From positions 1,504,001 through 1,568,000 of the forward strand of contig CP000069.1 in NCBI GenBank assembly GCA_000002445.1: DNA of 64,000 nucleotides. The letters are read 5' to 3'. The stretch is from Trypanosoma brucei (Eukaryota). A model generated the notes under the pieces. It did no database searches. It saw only the letters and a program-made list of their open reading frames with translations, and was not told where the DNA came from. The position numbers and the translations under genes were made by a program. Below, one piece after another: positions 59,723 to 64,000 of the stretch; positions within the stretch are counted from its first letter, which is position 1; every line of letters starts with the position of its first letter.

Positions 59723-61211
59723 TTAAAATGCTCCCAAACTCATAGGAGCAGCATCCATACTCAGAGCAAATTTTTTATTGACGAGAAAACTAGAGTATTT
59801 GCAAGTTTCGCCCTCCCATTTGCAACCATCTTTGCACTCCTCTTGATTTTTCTTTTCGGAGCATTTTTTGTCTTCGGTTTTTTGCTTGTCCTGCTTCCTT
59901 TGTCTCTGTAGTCCCTGATTTAGGTTTGCATTTTGTTTTCGTTTTGATCGTAAGTGCATGTGTCTCTGGGGCAGGTTCCGTTGTTGTCGTTATGTACACT
60001 ACATAGTGCTTGTGTTTCTTCTGCTATTTTTTGTTATCGCCACTTGAAGTCACAGGTATTGCAGTTTCCTGTACGTGCTTCAATAATATTTCTCGTTTCG
60101 TGAGTGCTTTTACTTGCCTTTCGATGGTTTGTATCTCGCTCTTTTGCTTTGCTAGCGCCATTTTGTACTTTTGTCTCTGCTCTAGTTTTGTTGCTATCGC
60201 GGCAAGGTCCTGCAACCATTTCACTTTGGCTTGCGGGTCCCCGCCGTTCTGTGCAGTGTTGGTAAGCTTTAGACATGCTGTATTGCTGTTGCCGTCGCAG
60301 TTGGTGTTCATGTGGCCGATGTAGGCATCGTTACCGATTGTTACGATCGCAGTTGCTGCTTCTGCCACAGCGGATCGTATTCTGGCCGCTGTCAAAGGCT
60401 GTGGGGTTACTTTTGGGAATGCAGCACGTATTGTAGTCCACTGTGACGCTTGGGGCAGTCCGCCCACTTCCCATTGTACGTTGCCGGTTCCGGAGTGAAT
60501 ACACGGTTCCTCGTTGCTCAGCGCCTGTGCGGTTCCGCACACACAAGCTACTGCGTGTGCTAGAGTTTTGCTTTCTTTCACTCTGCCGACGTTACCGCAG
60601 CTTGTTGCATAGTTGGCGGGCTGCTTGCCGGTCAGTGCCGTGTGCTCCAGATTCTTGCTAGCATCTTTACCTGCTCCGTAGATTGCTGAGTTTATGGCTG
60701 CAGTCAGCGCAGTGTGGTATGCTTCAGTCCGGTTTGCCCTATGAGACATGCAGTGCCTCCACCGCTGCATCTGCGTATGCTGCGACTTGTTGGCGTATTA
60801 ATTCCTTTTGCACAGCTGTCGCTGTCTCTAGGTTGTACGCTTTTAGGATGGCTGTCTCCCCGTTTGGTTTGTTCATCTCGGCTTCGAGGCGGTCCAGCGT
60901 GGCCACATGTTTTTCCAGTCCTCAGGTGTGCCTGGCGGTGGTGCTGCTATGGGTTCGATTTTGTTTTGTCCTGAACGAGTAACAAATTTGTCTCTCCACT
61001 CTTTCGGCGCGAGCGACATATTTAGTTTCAGCACCGTTGGCTCTCCATCGAAGCTGGTTTCTTCTTGTGGCTCGAATGTTATCGGGCTGTCGCCGAGCCT
61101 TAGTGCGTCGCACAACTTAGTCATGACTTCGACATTGCCTCCTTTGGGCGCTGCTGCCGCCTGTTTGAAGAGTATTGCTACAACAGTCACGTAAAAAAGC
61201 TGTTTTGGCAT
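59723..61211 (-). pseudogene. VSG: VSG pseudogene (B-type; 3 frame segments; defective GPI tail)
   Basis: ORF 60873..61211(-) starts MPKQLFYVTVVAILFKQAAAA (signal peptide). ORF 60024..60770(-) has AHAVACVCGTAQALSNEEPCIHSG and NTNCDGNSNTACLKLT. ORF 59723..59959(-) is the C-terminal domain, with ...CKDGCKWEGETCKYSSFLVNKKFALSMDAAPMSLGAF*. Confidence 0.8.
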
Positions 61212-61982
61212 TCTTCGGAGTACTAGTACAGCTCCTTTCTCTTCATGGAGAAAAAAAAGGTAGTTGTGCAGAGAAAAGTGTAGCTATATTTTAGTAGAAA
61301 GCTCCTCTTTTGCTTTCAGATGCGGAAATGGCTAAGGAATAATTTATTTTGTTACAGTCGCTGTCGTAAGCCCCCATTTCAATGTCCATTTCTTATCGAA
61401 ATTACAACCAAAGTAGCTCCTACTACATAGTTTCCTTCTGTGATTTCTATTTGCCTTTTCGTTACATAATCCGTATTCATTGCATTAACATTTTTCTATA
61501 GAATTTAGCGCTGCATATCATGATCCACCATCAGATTTAAAACCATATATTTCAGTATCTCAGCTGTTGCATCTTTTCTTCTCTTCGTGAAAAATGCTTG
61601 CTATTTCAGACTTTGTGTCGGATGCAAGCGTCTATGCAATTTCCCCTGTGACCGCCTTACACGTTCACTGCGTCCTTTTTTTAGTTGTAACGACTACACA
61701 TGGCGACCACACCGCCCCTCCTCTATACCTCATTCTACCCTCTATCACCACCTCTTGTGCGATGATGCTCATTTTAATACTTATGTTTGAACATACGCAT
61801 ATTCTGTTGTCCTCCTTGTCCCACTCTCTTTCTCCTTTACTTTTCTCGCAAAAATATTTCTCTCGCTCATTACTCCTCTCAGTCACTTACTCACTTCATA
61901 TCACTTTCTCCCTTGCTCCCATTTCACCATTTTCACTGTTTTCAGTGTTTCTTTTTTTCATCCATTTAGTTTGCACCACCAA

Positions 61983-62060
61983 CCTTATTATAATATTAGT
62001 ATAGACACTCAAAACGCTGTTCTATTATTATCATTATCATTATAAAAGTAACTAATACAC
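61983..62060 (-). repeat. 70-bp repeat (about 1 copy)
   Basis: ccttattataatattagtatagacactcaaaacgctg plus TATTATTATCATTATCATTATAA. Confidence 0.8.
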
Positions 62061-62213
62061 ATGAAATAAAAAATAAATTAGAATAGCACTCATTTTTCAT
62101 ACTCTATCACTCTGTTACTGAACACCTATATGCCAGTATCATGTACATTTTATAATTTTTTCAAATTTTTATGACTTTGGAATATTCAATAAATTGAAAA
62201 ATTTTATCAAAAA

Positions 62214-62229
62214 GTGTTAAAATATATCA
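62214..62229 (-). promoter_or_regulatory. VSG 3'UTR 16-mer, exact match to TGATATATTTTAACAC
   Basis: gtgttaaaatatatca on +. It lies about 145 nt downstream of the VSG stop at 62374. Confidence 0.8.
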
Positions 62230-62339
62230 AGTTTCAAGATATTCTTTCGAAATATTATATGCTCATCAAGTTTTATAATTTTCATAAATTTTATCAATAA
62301 TTCGTAGATTTTATGATACTAAAGTGCTACCAAACTCAT

Positions 62340-63732
62340 AAAAGCAGTAGCAGCCGTAAGAGCCAGTTTTTATTTAAAAGAAAACTGGAATCCTTGCAAG
62401 CATTATTCTCAAATTTGCAGTTATTGTCCTTTTCGCAAGCTTGCTTGTTAGTGCCGTGTTTTGCACACTTCCCTTCGGTTTTCTCATCATTTCCTCTTGC
62501 TTTTTCTCCTTTTTTGCTGCTTCTTTTTTGGCTTTCTCAGTGAGCTTGCAAGTGCTGTCTTTCCATTCGCAACCGTTTGTGTTCCTGCAGTCTTCTTGTT
62601 CCTTTCCTTCACATTTTTGTGGCTCTGTTTTAGTTACTTCACAATCTTGTTTTGCACTTATCTTTGCCCCGAGATCACAAGCCGTTTTGTTCACCTTCAT
62701 CTGCTCTTTGAAAAAATATGCTCGAGTCCCTTCAATACCTTTGGCTTCGTGCACAGTGCGATATTTTTTAAGGTCTGCTTTTATCCTGTTTAAAGTTGGC
62801 ACGTCTATAGTCTGCTGTGTTGCCGGGTCCTTGGCTCCGAATGTTGCCACTTCAATTTTCAGTTTTTCAGGGTCAGCCTCTTCTAGGTCTGCTAGGTTTA
62901 GCATGACTTTTATTTCCTGTTGGAGAGATGTTAGTTGCGTATCAAATTTGCTAGCGGTGTGCACCGCGCCGAACGATTTTGCAGCTGCTGCCCACTTGTC
63001 TGCGCCACCGTTCCAAGTTGGTGCGCCGCCTACCGCTGCGCCCGTTGTGATCAGGCCGGCCAGATATGTTAGGGCTTGCGTGCCTCCTGTTGTCGCGCCG
63101 CTATGGTGGAGCATCACGCACGTTGTTGCTCCGCTGCTAACCGTGCTGGCGCCACTGCTTATGGCTTTGAATTTTTGTTCCACGTTTATTTCTGCCTTTT
63201 CTGCTGTTGTTTCTAAAGTTGCAGCCACGCTGCTGGGTACGTCGCAGCCGGGGTAAGTTGTTGCTTTCTTTTCTGCTGCATATGTTGTCCTTGTTGAGAC
63301 ACAGTCCAGATCGGTGCCGTCACCTGCTGTTAAAAATGATCGGGTACCTTCCGTTATCTGTCCTGCAAGGTATGCAGCGCTTGCTGATGCTTTGAGGGCG
63401 TTAATTGCTGCTTCTTGGAACGCTGTTGTCGCTGCTTCTGCTTTCTGTCGTGCCAGTCTTGCTATTAGCGTCGCTTCTTTTGCTGCCGTTGTTTTCTCAT
63501 TCACGACCATCGCTACAAGGTCCTGCTGTAAGTTTGTCAGCTTCTGCGTTGTGCCTTGGTGTGTTTCGAGTACATGGACAGCGTTTTTTGTTACAGCTTT
63601 TAGCTCAGCACTTAGGGCGCAAGGTTTAGTTAGTTCTGTGTTCAAAAGAGCTACGTGAGTAGCGGAAGCACTTATGGTTAAAGCTAGTAAAGCTAGAGCT
63701 TTTGTGGCTGGCAGTCCGCAGTTTGAGCACAT
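62340..63732 (-). pseudogene. VSG: VSG (A-type) with long intact ORF but frameshifted C-terminal domain/GPI signal
   Basis: ORF 62374..63798(-) is 474 aa. The probable start is MCSNCGLPATKALALLALTISASATHVALL at about 63732. N-domain motifs are present. The C-terminus reads ...CEWKDSTCKLTEKAKKEAAKKEKKQEEMMRKPKG...RIMLARIPVFF*, which has no GPI signal. The true second cysteine cluster, KQACEKDNNCKFENNACKDSSFL*, is in another frame. Confidence 0.7.
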
Positions 63733-64000
63733 TGCATTTGAGTTTGCTAAGGATCTGCGAGTGTTGTGCGTCGTTATGCCGCCAAGTTTCGTACTCATTG
63801 ACTTTCTTGGTTGTTGTTCGCTTTGTAGAGTCTGTGGCTCTCGAGTGCTGTGTGAATTTGGTAAATGTTGTGAAGCTTCCTTTCTGAAGGCGTGTAGGGA
63901 TGTATTACCATTGCAGCCACCGCGTTGCTACGGAATTATCTTAAATTTTGACTTTAAATTCTAATTAATATCAAGTTACAATATTCTGTTCTAAGTTCAG

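Noticed and set aside
1130-62060. The regularly recurring short repeats could suggest a CRISPR array.
   Set aside because: The repeat units are 70-bp VSG-associated repeats spaced about 4 kb apart with whole genes between them. They are not 25-40 bp repeats with about 30-bp spacers. The context is eukaryotic (ingi, VSG).
1-64000. A bacterial defence or other novel prokaryotic system, as hinted by the prompt.
   Set aside because: No Shine-Dalgarno-linked compact operons or prokaryotic gene families are present. Every identifiable element is trypanosomatid (VSG, 70-bp repeats, ingi).

Overview
This window reads as a Trypanosoma brucei-type subtelomeric silent VSG array, not a prokaryotic locus. 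All recognisable genes lie on the minus strand in a repeating cassette about 4 kb long. Each cassette, read 5'->3' on the minus strand, is 70-bp repeat (1-2 copies, seen here as its reverse complement '...TTATAATATTCGTATATACACACTCACAACAC...' plus TAA/TGA-rich tracts), then about 0.5-2 kb of upstream region, then a VSG coding region of about 1.5 kb, then a 3'UTR carrying the conserved VSG 16-mer TGATATATTTTAACAC (seen as gtgttaaaatatatca on +). I count 16 seventy-bp-repeat blocks and 18 VSG genes or fragments. Only one is an apparently intact gene (5044-6516). A second (35037-36536) is intact except for a 1-nt frameshift in the GPI signal. The rest are pseudogenes with frameshifts, in-frame stops, truncated N- or C-terminal domains or degenerate GPI signals. 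Two ingi non-LTR retrotransposons (APE-like endonuclease, RT, RNase H, C2H2 zinc fingers) sit in inverted orientation about 24 kb apart. Copy 1 (13892-17661, minus) is 3'-truncated. Copy 2 (41740-46988, plus) is full length (about 5.25 kb, poly-A tail) and is inserted inside a VSG coding sequence. A conserved module of roughly 0.5-0.8 kb encoding a small acidic protein that I do not recognise occurs three times in VSG upstream regions. I see no tRNA or rRNA genes, no CRISPR array and no bacterial-type operons. Organism and family assignments rest on sequence signatures recalled from memory, not on database searches.
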